Shown here: one piece after another, positions 9,736-18,380 of the stretch
How the letters are laid out: the number at the start of each line of letters is the position of its first letter
Numbering within the stretch: position 1 is the stretch's first letter
Virus record (IMG/VR): IMGVR_UViG_3300050821_005814
Span: 42,806 to 106,805 of that record
Length of the DNA: 64,000 nucleotides
DNA from: a virus
Direction: 5' to 3' (one strand)
The notes under the pieces: generated by a model
The model's database searches: none
Seen by the model: the letters and a program-made list of their open reading frames with translations, nothing else
Told to the model about the DNA's origin: nothing
Position numbers and translations under genes: made by a program

Positions 9736-9957
9736 GGGGATCTCCTTGCGATTGTCGTAGCCGAAGTGAACGATTGGTGGCCAGGGGCTCATGGTTGCCA
9801 GCTATGTAGTGCTCGCGCCTCTTGATGCGCGAAAGCGCGCAAGCGGTCCGCCTCATCATCGGTAAGCCCTTGGATTCGGCCGCTCTCAGGCGAGTAGTGC
9901 TTCGCGAGCAACGCGGCATAGATACTGGCTGCTACCAACAGCAGCACATCCCTGAAA

Positions 9958-10623
9958 TCATCCATGATGTACCCGCCGCACAAGCGCTAGCGCGCCAAGC
10001 GCTAATGCTAGTATGAACGCACTGCGCGGTTCAGGCGTGCCAATTGAAGGCGGGAGAGGAGTACCCTCAACGCATTCGTGCAGCGCAGCATCCCAATGAT
10101 GAGCTGGTTGACACGGATGATCCTCGACAGGCGTTGTCTCAATGGCGACAATACCTGGCGTGATTATGCCGAACAGCGGGAATGCTGGTATGAACGCGCC
10201 CCCTGGTAACTCCCCGCCGCCAAACCCGAAGGGTGCTTGCGGTACAGGGAATCCAAATGGCGGCCACCATGCTGCGTTGCCATTGTCTGCATTGGACAAG
10301 GGAGGCGGCGCAGCCATACCTACTGGTGGGACAGGAGGTGTTGGGAACTGTGCTGTTGCTGGTGGTGGGCATGCAACAACGAGTGCCAGCACAATGGTGG
10401 CTGGCAATGGTGGGGTTCCTGCATGCCATGCAGCAGCTCCCCATCTGGCGATCACTTCAGCTTTCGTATAGGCATGCTTGGCAACTAACACGATGCAATC
10501 ACTGGCACTCGGCATCTCCTGACACTCCATAGGCTCGCATGCAATATACCCCTGTCCCCACCAATACCAATACGCTGGCGACGGGGCGCTTGCCCCGTCG
10601 CATGTTCCGAAGCGTATACGCAA
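9958..10623 (-). CDS. Pro-rich protein with C-terminal PEP-CTERM sorting signal (start uncertain, possibly 10515)
   Basis: C-terminus TPEPRSAFILALALGALALVRRVHHG = PEP motif, TM helix, basic tail. Confidence 0.7.
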   Translation of the reverse strand: MRIRFGTCDGASAPSPAYWYWWGQGYIACEPMECQEMPSASDCIVLVAKHAYTKAEVIARWGAAAWHAGTPPLPATIVLALVVACPPPATAQFPTPPVPPVGMAAPPPLSNADNGNAAWWPPFGFPVPQAPFGFGGGELPGGAFIPAFPLFGIITPGIVAIETTPVEDHPCQPAHHWDAALHECVEGTPLPPSIGTPEPRSAFILALALGALALVRRVHHG

Positions 10624-10779
10624 GCGAAGCGCAGCGTATACGCGAAAGGAACATCGTCATGCATGCGTGTGCTAGTAGTAGGTCTAGCGGCCTAGACATG
10701 GTACCCCCTACATCCAGTCTCGGTAGCCAAACCGACCCCCATTGTCACTGCGCTGCGCTTCGCTCCGCTTGTTCGTGGG

Positions 10780-11225
10780 GACCTGCACGACCTTGCAGGT
10801 CGTGCGTCCAGTCATTGGTTGTCTAAGCATGAGTTGCGGTAGCTGAAGGGATCGTTCAAACGATTCCAAAGCTATCAGGACACACGTACCCCATGCCGGA
10901 GTACGTAGTATCCCGCAGGACAGTAGTGCCAAGCCCCTCCTTGTGCAGGTCAGCGGTCTCACAAGTCGATACATCTCCCCGCGGTTTCTGCCGCGTTGCA
11001 AGTGGGAGGGAGTCCGGTGGGAGCAGTACGTATCTGACGGCGCAAGAACAACCGGACACTACCCGCCTGTCCTTGCTCTGGGTTGCTTTCTCTCAGAGCC
11101 CAGATCACTGAGGCATAGTCAAAGCCTCCATTCAGCTAATGTGCTCTAGGACAGTCGAGGCACCCAGTCCTGTATTCTGGATCGACCCCGCTAGCGATAT
11201 GGTCCTGAGGCGGCAGCGCCGCTCG
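10780..11225. ncRNA. Candidate structured non-coding RNA
   Basis: No convincing ORF; consecutive inverted repeats (gacctgca/tgcaggtc, gtccggt/accggac, ctgtcct/aggacag, tctgggtt/agcccaga and others). Confidence 0.35.
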
Positions 11226-11240
11226 CATACATCAGCCCTT

Positions 11241-11251
11241 AGCATATACCC
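11241..11251 (-). promoter_or_regulatory. GGGTATATGCT promoter-like motif at the head of the leftward transcription unit
   Basis: Identical to the motif at 6405; lies in the divergent intergenic region. Confidence 0.5.
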
Positions 11252-11469
11252 GACATTGCATTCATATTGCCAGTTGGTAGCGGTGCATTGGCGTTAAGCG
11301 CTTGATCTCATTGCAATCACGCCTGTCAGAATTATCTGACTTGCGCACAACCGCCTGCATTGACTATGTACTGGACTGTTTGAAACAGGGAAAGGGCATA
11401 CTGCACGATGCTATGCGCGCCAGGTATAGTAAGAAGCGTAGCTAGCACCCCGTGCGGATCCATAGGACC

Positions 11470-11961
11470 ATGGCAGAGAAGGCGACTCTCGATGAACTGA
11501 TAGCGGCGCTGTCTCAGCGCGACGCGCTCAGGATCCATAAGCAGCTCCTTCATCGATTCGATGCCAAGCAAGGCAAGGTCGCCCCATTCACATCACAGGA
11601 AGACGACTTCTACACGGCCCTGCACCGCGTGATGAATGGGCGGTTGTTGCCAAAGCTTGAGCTCGCGACGCACAAGAAAATCCATGGGCGGAACGGTTAC
11701 AAGCGTGCGGCTACGCAGCTATTCACGACGTTGAAGAATGGTAGTGACGGTACGCTGCGGCGGCCGCAAATGCTGGCGCTTGCCTACGAGGCGCTTAGCT
11801 GTCTTGCGGAGGCGATGGAGGAATGGGGCATCCCTGTCTCCGCCGCCAACTTGATTATGCAGATCGACAACAACCTTGAGCATGCCCTTAACGAAGCGTA
11901 CCCGGGGTATCTCGAGAACCGCATGTTGCACTACCTAGCTCCGATGCTCGAGGCTGCATAG
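11470..11961 (+). CDS. Hypothetical protein, first gene of the rightward unit
   Basis: AGGA RBS, ATG at 11470. Confidence 0.65.
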   Translation: MAEKATLDELIAALSQRDALRIHKQLLHRFDAKQGKVAPFTSQEDDFYTALHRVMNGRLLPKLELATHKKIHGRNGYKRAATQLFTTLKNGSDGTLRRPQMLALAYEALSCLAEAMEEWGIPVSAANLIMQIDNNLEHALNEAYPGYLENRMLHYLAPMLEAA

Positions 11962-11977
11962 GGTATATTGGCTATTG

Positions 11978-12265
11978 TCTGCGCTGGTGGGAAATGAGTG
12001 GTGTGCTGATGAACCCTCCCGCCAGCACGGATCGGATCGCTGTGCCCCCCAAAGGCAGTGATCCGTGGCGGCTCTTGTGCTTCCGTGAGAGTCGCTAAGG
12101 AGAAGGGTGCGTAGGGCCGCAACAGCCCGACTGTACGCTACGCACCCTTCACTCCCTCTAGCAGTTGGTAGTGCAGTGCCCGGTCCAGATCCCCTTAGCT
12201 TAACACGCCGCAATACAGTCATGGGACTCGCACTATGCGGGTTCGGCAATCCGCGCGCTGACTGC
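11978..12265 (+). ncRNA. Candidate structured RNA or 5' leader with five stem-loops
   Basis: Five abutting helices with G-U wobbles on the + strand, directly after GGGTATATTG at 11961. Confidence 0.5.
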
Positions 12266-12289
12266 AATGCGTATGCAGGAGACTACAGT

Positions 12290-12793
12290 ATGCTTGTCGG
12301 CTTCAGTGCGCATCTCGATGGTGTCAACCAAATGGGATGCATGAACCTTGCGTATACGGCAGTCGGTATGCGCAACACGGACTTCAATGACGCAGGCTAT
12401 GACCTTGCCAACAACTGGTGGATGCCGCCAGCCGTCGGGCTAGTCATCATGGCATTCAATGTGTGGATCAACGCTAACGCATGCGCGCCTATCATGGCGG
12501 ACTCAGCAGGGCGTGTCACGTTTCCGCCTGGCGAAGGGTTTGCGCAGTGCGGCAAGATACACTCGAGCCGCGATCGAGGCGCATCCTGGCAGCAGGTCAA
12601 AGCAGCGCCGGGGTTCAACCCCGCTGGATACCCCGGCACAGGTGGTTCTGGGAATGCCGGCATTCTCGCAAAGGCAGATGGCATGACAGCATTTCGACTG
12701 TTCATGTATACGACATCCGCTGACGGTAAGGATGAGTGCGTGATCGATGGCAATCCCGCACACACATGGTTCACAGGGTTCTATGCGCAATGA
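12290..12793 (+). CDS. Stand-alone C1q/TNF-like protein, paralogue of 4322-4819
   Basis: AGGAG RBS; GFSA...TDFNDAGYD..NNWWMPP.VG...HTWFTG. Confidence 0.55.
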   Translation: MLVGFSAHLDGVNQMGCMNLAYTAVGMRNTDFNDAGYDLANNWWMPPAVGLVIMAFNVWINANACAPIMADSAGRVTFPPGEGFAQCGKIHSSRDRGASWQQVKAAPGFNPAGYPGTGGSGNAGILAKADGMTAFRLFMYTTSADGKDECVIDGNPAHTWFTGFYAQ

Positions 12794-13176
12794 GTGAATG
12801 GGAAGCTGCGGCTAAGGCCGCGTTGCAGCGGCGGGAACGCGAGATGGGTCGCGCTGAAGTCACTGAAGCAGAGATTGCCGAGAAGATTGCAGCTGATCCT
12901 GTTGCCGCTGCCGCAGTCCTATGCCGGCAGGAAGACAAGTTAATCGCAGCAGAGAAGGAGTTGCGCAACCTACTATCCGCCATGGACGAGTCTCTTTGGC
13001 ATCGTCACGCCGAAATGGGCAAGAGAGTCAAACGCATCTGCATCACGGAAGATGCTATCGCTCGTATCCGCGTGATTGTTGGAGATAACGCATGTGATCA
13101 TCCTAACTACGCCTTCTCCGAACACGGTAGATGCTGCCCTCACTGCGGCACATTCATGGTGGACTTCGGAGATTGA
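12790..13176 (+). CDS. Hypothetical protein with C-terminal Zn-ribbon-like Cys cluster
   Basis: ATGA overlap; CDH...CCPHCG. Confidence 0.55.
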   Translation: MSEWEAAAKAALQRREREMGRAEVTEAEIAEKIAADPVAAAAVLCRQEDKLIAAEKELRNLLSAMDESLWHRHAEMGKRVKRICITEDAIARIRVIVGDNACDHPNYAFSEHGRCCPHCGTFMVDFGD

Positions 13177-13178
13177 AA

Positions 13179-13409
13179 ATGGCCAACGGTAAAACTAATA
13201 CGACCGACCCTCTCGATATGCCCCTACCGTGTGAAATCCGGGTGCCTGGAATGCGGTTCAGCAAGGGCGTGAAACTTCGTGTGTTTGTGGAGGCAGCGGC
13301 GCGTTGGAAGGCTATGGCTGATCGGCCAACGCAGAAGATGAACACGCAAGAGGTCGCCAGATTTCTCGAAAGGCTGCATCGGAAGGAAAATCTACGTGGC
13401 GAAAATTGA
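13179..13409 (+). CDS. Hypothetical protein
   Basis: GGAG RBS; DxPLPCEIRV. Confidence 0.5.
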   Translation: MANGKTNTTDPLDMPLPCEIRVPGMRFSKGVKLRVFVEAAARWKAMADRPTQKMNTQEVARFLERLHRKENLRGEN

Positions 13410-13425
13410 AACGACCGTTTAGGTC

Positions 13426-14433
13426 ATGCCCTACGATTGGCGCTCTCTGCTGGACCAAGCGCGCATCCCCTGGCGCGTGAAAGGTCCCAACACATCCAAA
13501 GGGAATGTGTCAATCGAGTGCCCATTTTGCGGCGACGATCCAAGCTTTCATTTCCAGCTTAGCGAAACGTTTGATGGCTACCGTTGCCTACGCGACAGCA
13601 GGCACAACGGCTCGCATATGGTGCGCCTACTGGTCGCCTTAGGATATAGCCGCACCGAAGCGCAAGTACTCCTGCATGAGCATAAGCTGGACAAGAAGCC
13701 GCTCCCGCCAAAGCCGCGCGCCATTGAAGACCTGACCGACATCTGGCAGCGCTTCCCGCCAGCCGAAGACGCACCGCATAGCATGCGCTACCTGAAAGGG
13801 CGCGGCTTCACTAATCCCATGCAGACAGCTATTGACTACGATTTGCGCTATGCCAGGGCGGGCGATTGGGCGCAGCGTGTGCTCATACCATTTGCAGTTG
13901 ATGGGATAGTCGTCAGTTGGGCTGGGCGCGCGACTACGAGTTACCTACGTCCTCGCTATCGTATGTATGATCCAAGTCCTCCTGGATTGATCTATGTGCC
14001 GCGCGTCATCACGACTGAACAGACCGTTGTGATCGTCGAAGGGCAATTCGATGCACTCAAGATCGCAGTTGCAACAGAACGCGATTCCGTCGGTGTGATC
14101 GGCCTGAGCGGTAAGAACCTTGACAGCGCAGACCGTCTATTGCGCCTAGCACATGTGCTCGGCAAAAGCAGAAGGCTAATCTTGCTTGCGCTTGATCCTG
14201 ATGTCTCTGTTGGCGTTGCCAGCCATTCTATTATGCTGGTTGCGCAAGCATTGCGCTGGTGCTATGTTGCGCGCCTTCATGTGCCCGTCGGTCAGGAAGA
14301 TCCAGGGGCAATGTCTTTGGGGGACGCGCAGAAGTGGATCCAAAACGCAATACGCGCAAACGCGCGAGTCTTTATGTCGGGCCGCAGTGGTCAGGCACAT
14401 TCGAGGAATACGCCCGCAAGTACGCGCGCATAA
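13426..14433 (+). CDS. DNA primase (Zn-finger plus TOPRIM)
   Basis: CPFC...CLRD zinc-binding domain, YLKGRG, RVLIPF...VSWAGR, VIVEGQFDALKI, LDPD, EDPG. Confidence 0.9.
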   Translation: MPYDWRSLLDQARIPWRVKGPNTSKGNVSIECPFCGDDPSFHFQLSETFDGYRCLRDSRHNGSHMVRLLVALGYSRTEAQVLLHEHKLDKKPLPPKPRAIEDLTDIWQRFPPAEDAPHSMRYLKGRGFTNPMQTAIDYDLRYARAGDWAQRVLIPFAVDGIVVSWAGRATTSYLRPRYRMYDPSPPGLIYVPRVITTEQTVVIVEGQFDALKIAVATERDSVGVIGLSGKNLDSADRLLRLAHVLGKSRRLILLALDPDVSVGVASHSIMLVAQALRWCYVARLHVPVGQEDPGAMSLGDAQKWIQNAIRANARVFMSGRSGQAHSRNTPASTRA

Positions 14434-14915
14434 ACTACTGGAAGGTGCGCAAGCATTGCGAGACAGTGCAAGACGCTGAGCAGGAGTGCGCGATGGTCTT
14501 CGCCGACTGCTACAAGCGCTATGCGCACAAGGTCAACAATGATGCATGGTTCATGGCGCTGTACAAGCGCATGCTAGCAACGCATTGGATCAAGCTCGCC
14601 GAGAAGGGCCAGCGTCGATGTCTACTACCGATCATTGAAGAGCAGCCCGACGACTCGCTCGCGCTACTCGTAGCTGACCCTCAGGCAGAGGATAACGTCG
14701 CAGGCGCGGCTGAGATCGCAGTCGCCTGGTCCCGTGCATCGTCCGAAGCGAAAGCAGTACTGCGCATAATTGCGGACGCGCCGGCGGAAGTCCTGCAAGA
14801 GCTGCTCAACAATAGGATCTCCGACACGCGGCGCAATCGCAGGTTTCGCCGCTGGGCCAATCTGCCTGGTAAGCCTGACATTCTCGGGGAGCTGCGTGCG
14901 TTACTACACGCATAG
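14334..14915 (+). CDS. Putative sigma-factor-like transcription protein (start uncertain)
   Basis: DAEQECAMVFADCYKRY...WFMALYKRML resembles sigma70 region 2. Confidence 0.45.
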   Translation: MDPKRNTRKRASLYVGPQWSGTFEEYARKYARINYWKVRKHCETVQDAEQECAMVFADCYKRYAHKVNNDAWFMALYKRMLATHWIKLAEKGQRRCLLPIIEEQPDDSLALLVADPQAEDNVAGAAEIAVAWSRASSEAKAVLRIIADAPAEVLQELLNNRISDTRRNRRFRRWANLPGKPDILGELRALLHA

Positions 14916-14925
14916 GTAGCAATGT

Positions 14926-14937
14926 GGGTATAATGCC
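14926..14937 (+). promoter_or_regulatory. GGGTATAATGCC promoter-like motif
   Basis: TATAAT in the recurring GGGTATAWTG context, upstream of 14960. Confidence 0.5.
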
Positions 14938-14959
14938 TCTGTAGTCAGGAGGCACACCC

Positions 14960-15469
14960 ATGGTCAGACTAACGCCGAAGATGGTCGCGCCGACCGTCGC
15001 TATCAAGTTACGCGATGAGGTCATCGCCGAGATAGGCGATTGGCTGCTAATCATGCCAGACGACCAAGTTGTCGTCATGAACGATGCAGACGTGCGGGCA
15101 GTCTACACGCAGATCAAAGAGACTCATGCACCGGCAGGCAAAAAGTCCAAATACACGCGCGTTGTTGGCGTTTCGCCAAGATCATTTGCCGCCATAATCA
15201 ACGGCAAACCTGTGCGCGTCGGGGCGCAGACTATCCGCACATTGTCAGCCCTAAACGAGCTCCCTTTTGCACGCGGGACCACATCACAAGTAGCAAATAG
15301 GCTTACGCATCCTGATGATGCGCAGGTTTCAGCCCGCATGCTTGATGCAATCAGGTTTGAGTGCGTGCAATTGGATAAGTTCAATCGGCCCTTCATATAC
15401 CAACTCACGCCCGCAGGTGCGGAGGTCGTGCACCAATTCGGCAAGGAAGCAGGCAGAAAGGAATTCTGA
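14960..15469 (+). CDS. Hypothetical protein, possible C-terminal winged helix
   Basis: AGGAGG RBS; C-terminal YQLTPAG. Confidence 0.6.
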   Translation: MVRLTPKMVAPTVAIKLRDEVIAEIGDWLLIMPDDQVVVMNDADVRAVYTQIKETHAPAGKKSKYTRVVGVSPRSFAAIINGKPVRVGAQTIRTLSALNELPFARGTTSQVANRLTHPDDAQVSARMLDAIRFECVQLDKFNRPFIYQLTPAGAEVVHQFGKEAGRKEF

Positions 15470-15471
15470 CT

Positions 15472-16236
15472 ATGGCTGAAATGATCACCTCGAATCGCGC
15501 TGGCCCCCTCGCTAAGCGCGTATTGCTCTACTCAGGCGGCATGGATAGCGTCTGCTTTGACAACCTGCTCTTGCCTGACGTTTGCCTGTATGTGCGCAAC
15601 AAAGCGCCCTATGCTGCATGCGAAGACTACTGCGTCGAGAAACTCGAGGCGCAGGACAAGATCAAAGGTGAGCTTGTGACACTCGATGCCAATGTGCTCG
15701 ATCTCTCGCAATGGGAGCGCGATGACGCAATCGTGCCCAACCGCAATGCGCATCTCGTCCTACTCGCAAGCAACTATGGCGACCAGATCTATCTCAGTTC
15801 GGTCTATGGCGATCGATCCAACGACAAGGATGAGAAGTTCTACCGCCTGATGGAAATGCTACTCGGGCATATGTGGGATGAGCAGCATTGGACAAAGCGC
15901 CGGCGCTTCCGTATCTCAAGTCCCTTCAAGATGTGGACGAAATCAACGCTTGTCGACCGCTACTTGTCTCGCGGAGGTGACCACCTTGCGCTGCTGACAT
16001 CCTACTCCTGCTACCGCGGGCAACCCAAGCATTGCGGCATCTGCAAGCCTTGCTTCCGCAAACGCGTCGCGCTCGAGAACAACTATATCGAAGTGCCGCG
16101 GGGTTACTTCGAGGATGACTTCTGGCGCCAAGACTGGTTTCATGAACTGCTGCCGCGCATGCAGGAAGGCAAGTATCGAGGCGATGAGGACAAGGATGTA
16201 CTCAAGTTCCTGCGGCTAAGGAATTTGCTTGCATAG
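15472..16236 (+). CDS. queC: 7-cyano-7-deazaguanine synthase
   Basis: PP-loop LLYSGGMDS, VPNRN, SYSCY...HCGICKPC zinc site. Confidence 0.9.
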   Translation: MAEMITSNRAGPLAKRVLLYSGGMDSVCFDNLLLPDVCLYVRNKAPYAACEDYCVEKLEAQDKIKGELVTLDANVLDLSQWERDDAIVPNRNAHLVLLASNYGDQIYLSSVYGDRSNDKDEKFYRLMEMLLGHMWDEQHWTKRRRFRISSPFKMWTKSTLVDRYLSRGGDHLALLTSYSCYRGQPKHCGICKPCFRKRVALENNYIEVPRGYFEDDFWRQDWFHELLPRMQEGKYRGDEDKDVLKFLRLRNLLA

Positions 16237-16285
16237 CGCTGCGCATAGCTACTAGCTTGCGCAGCCTAATGGGAGAACAGTAATC
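16234..16285 (+). repeat. Outlier hairpin plus AATGGGAGAAC element related to the 47-55 kb array
   Basis: gctgcgca...tgcgcagc stem right after the queC stop, then aatgggagaac and ATG. Confidence 0.5.
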
Positions 16286-16516
16286 ATGGTTGCGAGCGTA
16301 AGCTCAATTGAGGCAGTCGTACGCATAGTGCGAAAGCATGTCTCAGATGAGAAGTTTCAGGTCATCGTGTCTGAGTTGATCGATGTGCCTGGTAATGCAT
16401 CGTTCCGCGAGTCGGTCATGCGCCTCGCCGACCTTGCTAACATTGGGCTTGATGGGCGGCCAACGCATGTGCGGCAGATCCGCAAGCGCGTGCGGCTTGT
16501 GCGGGTGAAGCTATGA
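16286..16516 (+). CDS. Hypothetical protein
   Basis: GGGAG RBS; VPGNASFR. Confidence 0.55.
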   Translation: MVASVSSIEAVVRIVRKHVSDEKFQVIVSELIDVPGNASFRESVMRLADLANIGLDGRPTHVRQIRKRVRLVRVKL

Positions 16517-16842
16517 CCGACACATCTCATGACTTCAGCGGCAAGTACGATGCATGGGAACTGCGCGTGTTCGATAGCGCGACAAGCTTCTCATGCGTCA
16601 CGGTCTATGGCGGTGGTAGACGCGATAGGGCGGTGTTCTCCGATCTGCCCAGCGCCTTTAACGCAGCGCGCGACATGCAGCGCACATGCGTGTATGCAGT
16701 GTCAGGCTTTGGTCACGGCATCTGCCTCGACCGCAAGCTATGGGATGTCTGGTTAGAGCGCTGGAACGAGAACCAACTGAGTAAGAAGATCACGCCGCGG
16801 CCTGTCAAGCGCCGCCGACGCGAGGCACTTGCATCTACCTAA
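16513..16842 (+). CDS. Hypothetical protein
   Basis: ATGA overlap with the previous gene. Confidence 0.55.
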   Translation: MTDTSHDFSGKYDAWELRVFDSATSFSCVTVYGGGRRDRAVFSDLPSAFNAARDMQRTCVYAVSGFGHGICLDRKLWDVWLERWNENQLSKKITPRPVKRRRREALAST

Positions 16843-16868
16843 GCAAGTGCACTAGGACGACCTGTGCT

Positions 16869-16880
16869 TGGTATATTGCT
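16869..16880 (+). promoter_or_regulatory. TGGTATATTGCT promoter-like motif
   Basis: Recurring motif upstream of 16914. Confidence 0.5.
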
Positions 16881-16913
16881 AAGTCGGGAACACAATGAGT
16901 CAGGAGCTAAGCG

Positions 16914-17546
16914 ATGGCTAACAAGACTGTCTACGACCTGCTGCTCGCCTTCGTGAAGGAGCAGGATGCTGACTTCGAGGAGCGCACCGAGAAGGAGACC
17001 GACCAGAAGTATCTCGCGCGCATGATGACCGTCATCTCGGAAGCAGACGAGGAAGTCTGGAACGGGCTCGACGAAGACGCGCAGAGCTGGTTCAACGACG
17101 CGGCGATCGCGCGCAAAAAGCGGAAGGATGTCGACCTGCCAGACGGTTACGAGGCAGCGCCTGTGCCGGAGAAGGCAGCGCGCAAGAAGTCCGGTGCTGA
17201 GGCACTCGCTGAGACGACCGCCAAGAAGGCGGCTGGCAAGAAGGCGGCTGCACCTGCAAAGAAGGAAGCAGCTAAAAAGCAGGCTGCCCCGGCGAAGAAG
17301 GCGGCTGCCAAGAAGGAAGCTGCACCGAAGAAGGCTGCTGCTGCGACGAAGCCGAAGAAGGAACTGTCGGCTGCGCAGTTCATGCGGCAACTCGTCATCA
17401 AAAAGCACAACATCACAAACGAGGAAGTCGCGGAGAAGGTCGCCGCCAAGTTCGAGGACATCAGTGCAGCCACAATCGCCGCAACCGCGGGATTCACGCG
17501 AAGCGTCATTCGCGACATGATCGAGATGGGCGTGCTATCGAGTTAA
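16914..17546 (+). CDS. Histone H1-like Lys/Ala-rich DNA-binding protein
   Basis: Acidic N-domain, central PAKK/AAKK repeats, C-terminal helical domain; own promoter-like motif and terminator. Confidence 0.7.
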   Translation: MANKTVYDLLLAFVKEQDADFEERTEKETDQKYLARMMTVISEADEEVWNGLDEDAQSWFNDAAIARKKRKDVDLPDGYEAAPVPEKAARKKSGAEALAETTAKKAAGKKAAAPAKKEAAKKQAAPAKKAAAKKEAAPKKAAAATKPKKELSAAQFMRQLVIKKHNITNEEVAEKVAAKFEDISAATIAATAGFTRSVIRDMIEMGVLSS

Positions 17547-17591
17547 CCTCCGCGTCTCTAGTTCTCCCAGGACAGCGTAGAGGTTGGCGGG

Positions 17592-17629
17592 AGGGGGCGG
17601 TCCTTGAGCGAGGCCGCCCCCTTTCTTTT
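17592..17629 (+). terminator. Rho-independent terminator
   Basis: agggggcggtc...ggccgccccct hairpin followed by ttctttt. Confidence 0.85.
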
Positions 17630-17705
17630 GCAGCCTACCCCTAGCATGACAGCGCCCCTAATGCTGGAAGCTGCGGAGCCCCCCGTCCTAGCTCGCTCGC
17701 GATGG

Positions 17706-17717
17706 GGGTATATTGCT
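17706..17717 (+). promoter_or_regulatory. GGGTATATTGCT promoter-like motif upstream of folE
   Basis: Recurring motif. Confidence 0.55.
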
Positions 17718-17744
17718 TAGCTGGACCCCATTTGCAGGACCGTC

Positions 17745-18371
17745 ATGTCAATGCACCCCGATGACTTCGCGCTCCCGCTTGAGCGCTCGCTTGAGCGCCC
17801 TTCCAAGTTTGACGCGCTAGCCGCTATGCGCACCATACTGCGTTACATAGGCGAAGACCCCTTGCGACCAGGCTTGCTTGAAACGCCAGACCGCGTGTTG
17901 CGCGCATGGGAACGCGAATGGGGGCGCGGGTATCGTGAAGACCCCAGCAAGTTTGCCCGGCTGTTCGAGGAAGAGCAGCCCTTCTATGACTCCATGGTCA
18001 TCGTGCGACACATTCGTGTGCGCAGCATGTGCGAGCACCACATGGCACCATTCATCGGCTACGCGCATGTCGGCTACCTGCCGAAAGACGCGCGACATGT
18101 CGTTGGCATCTCGAAGCTTGCGCGCATCGTTGATCACTTCTCCCGCCGCTTGCAGGTGCAGGAACGCCTGACCTACGAGATCGTAGACTTCATCATGGAC
18201 AAGATCACCGATCTCGGGGCTGGCGTCATCATATGTGCCAAGCATACCTGCATGTGTACGCGTGGCGTGAATGAGGCGGAGGCTGAGACCGTTACGTCAG
18301 CGCTGAAGGGGGCATTCTTTGACAACCCTGAAACGCGGTCCGAGTTCCTGCGCTTAGCGCATCCTAAATAG
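17745..18371 (+). CDS. folE: GTP cyclohydrolase I
   Basis: GEDPxRPGLxETPxRV, SMCEHH, GISKLARIV, RLQVQERLT, HTCMCTRGV. Confidence 0.97.
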   Translation: MSMHPDDFALPLERSLERPSKFDALAAMRTILRYIGEDPLRPGLLETPDRVLRAWEREWGRGYREDPSKFARLFEEEQPFYDSMVIVRHIRVRSMCEHHMAPFIGYAHVGYLPKDARHVVGISKLARIVDHFSRRLQVQERLTYEIVDFIMDKITDLGAGVIICAKHTCMCTRGVNEAEAETVTSALKGAFFDNPETRSEFLRLAHPK

Positions 18372-18380
18372 GAGAGCACT

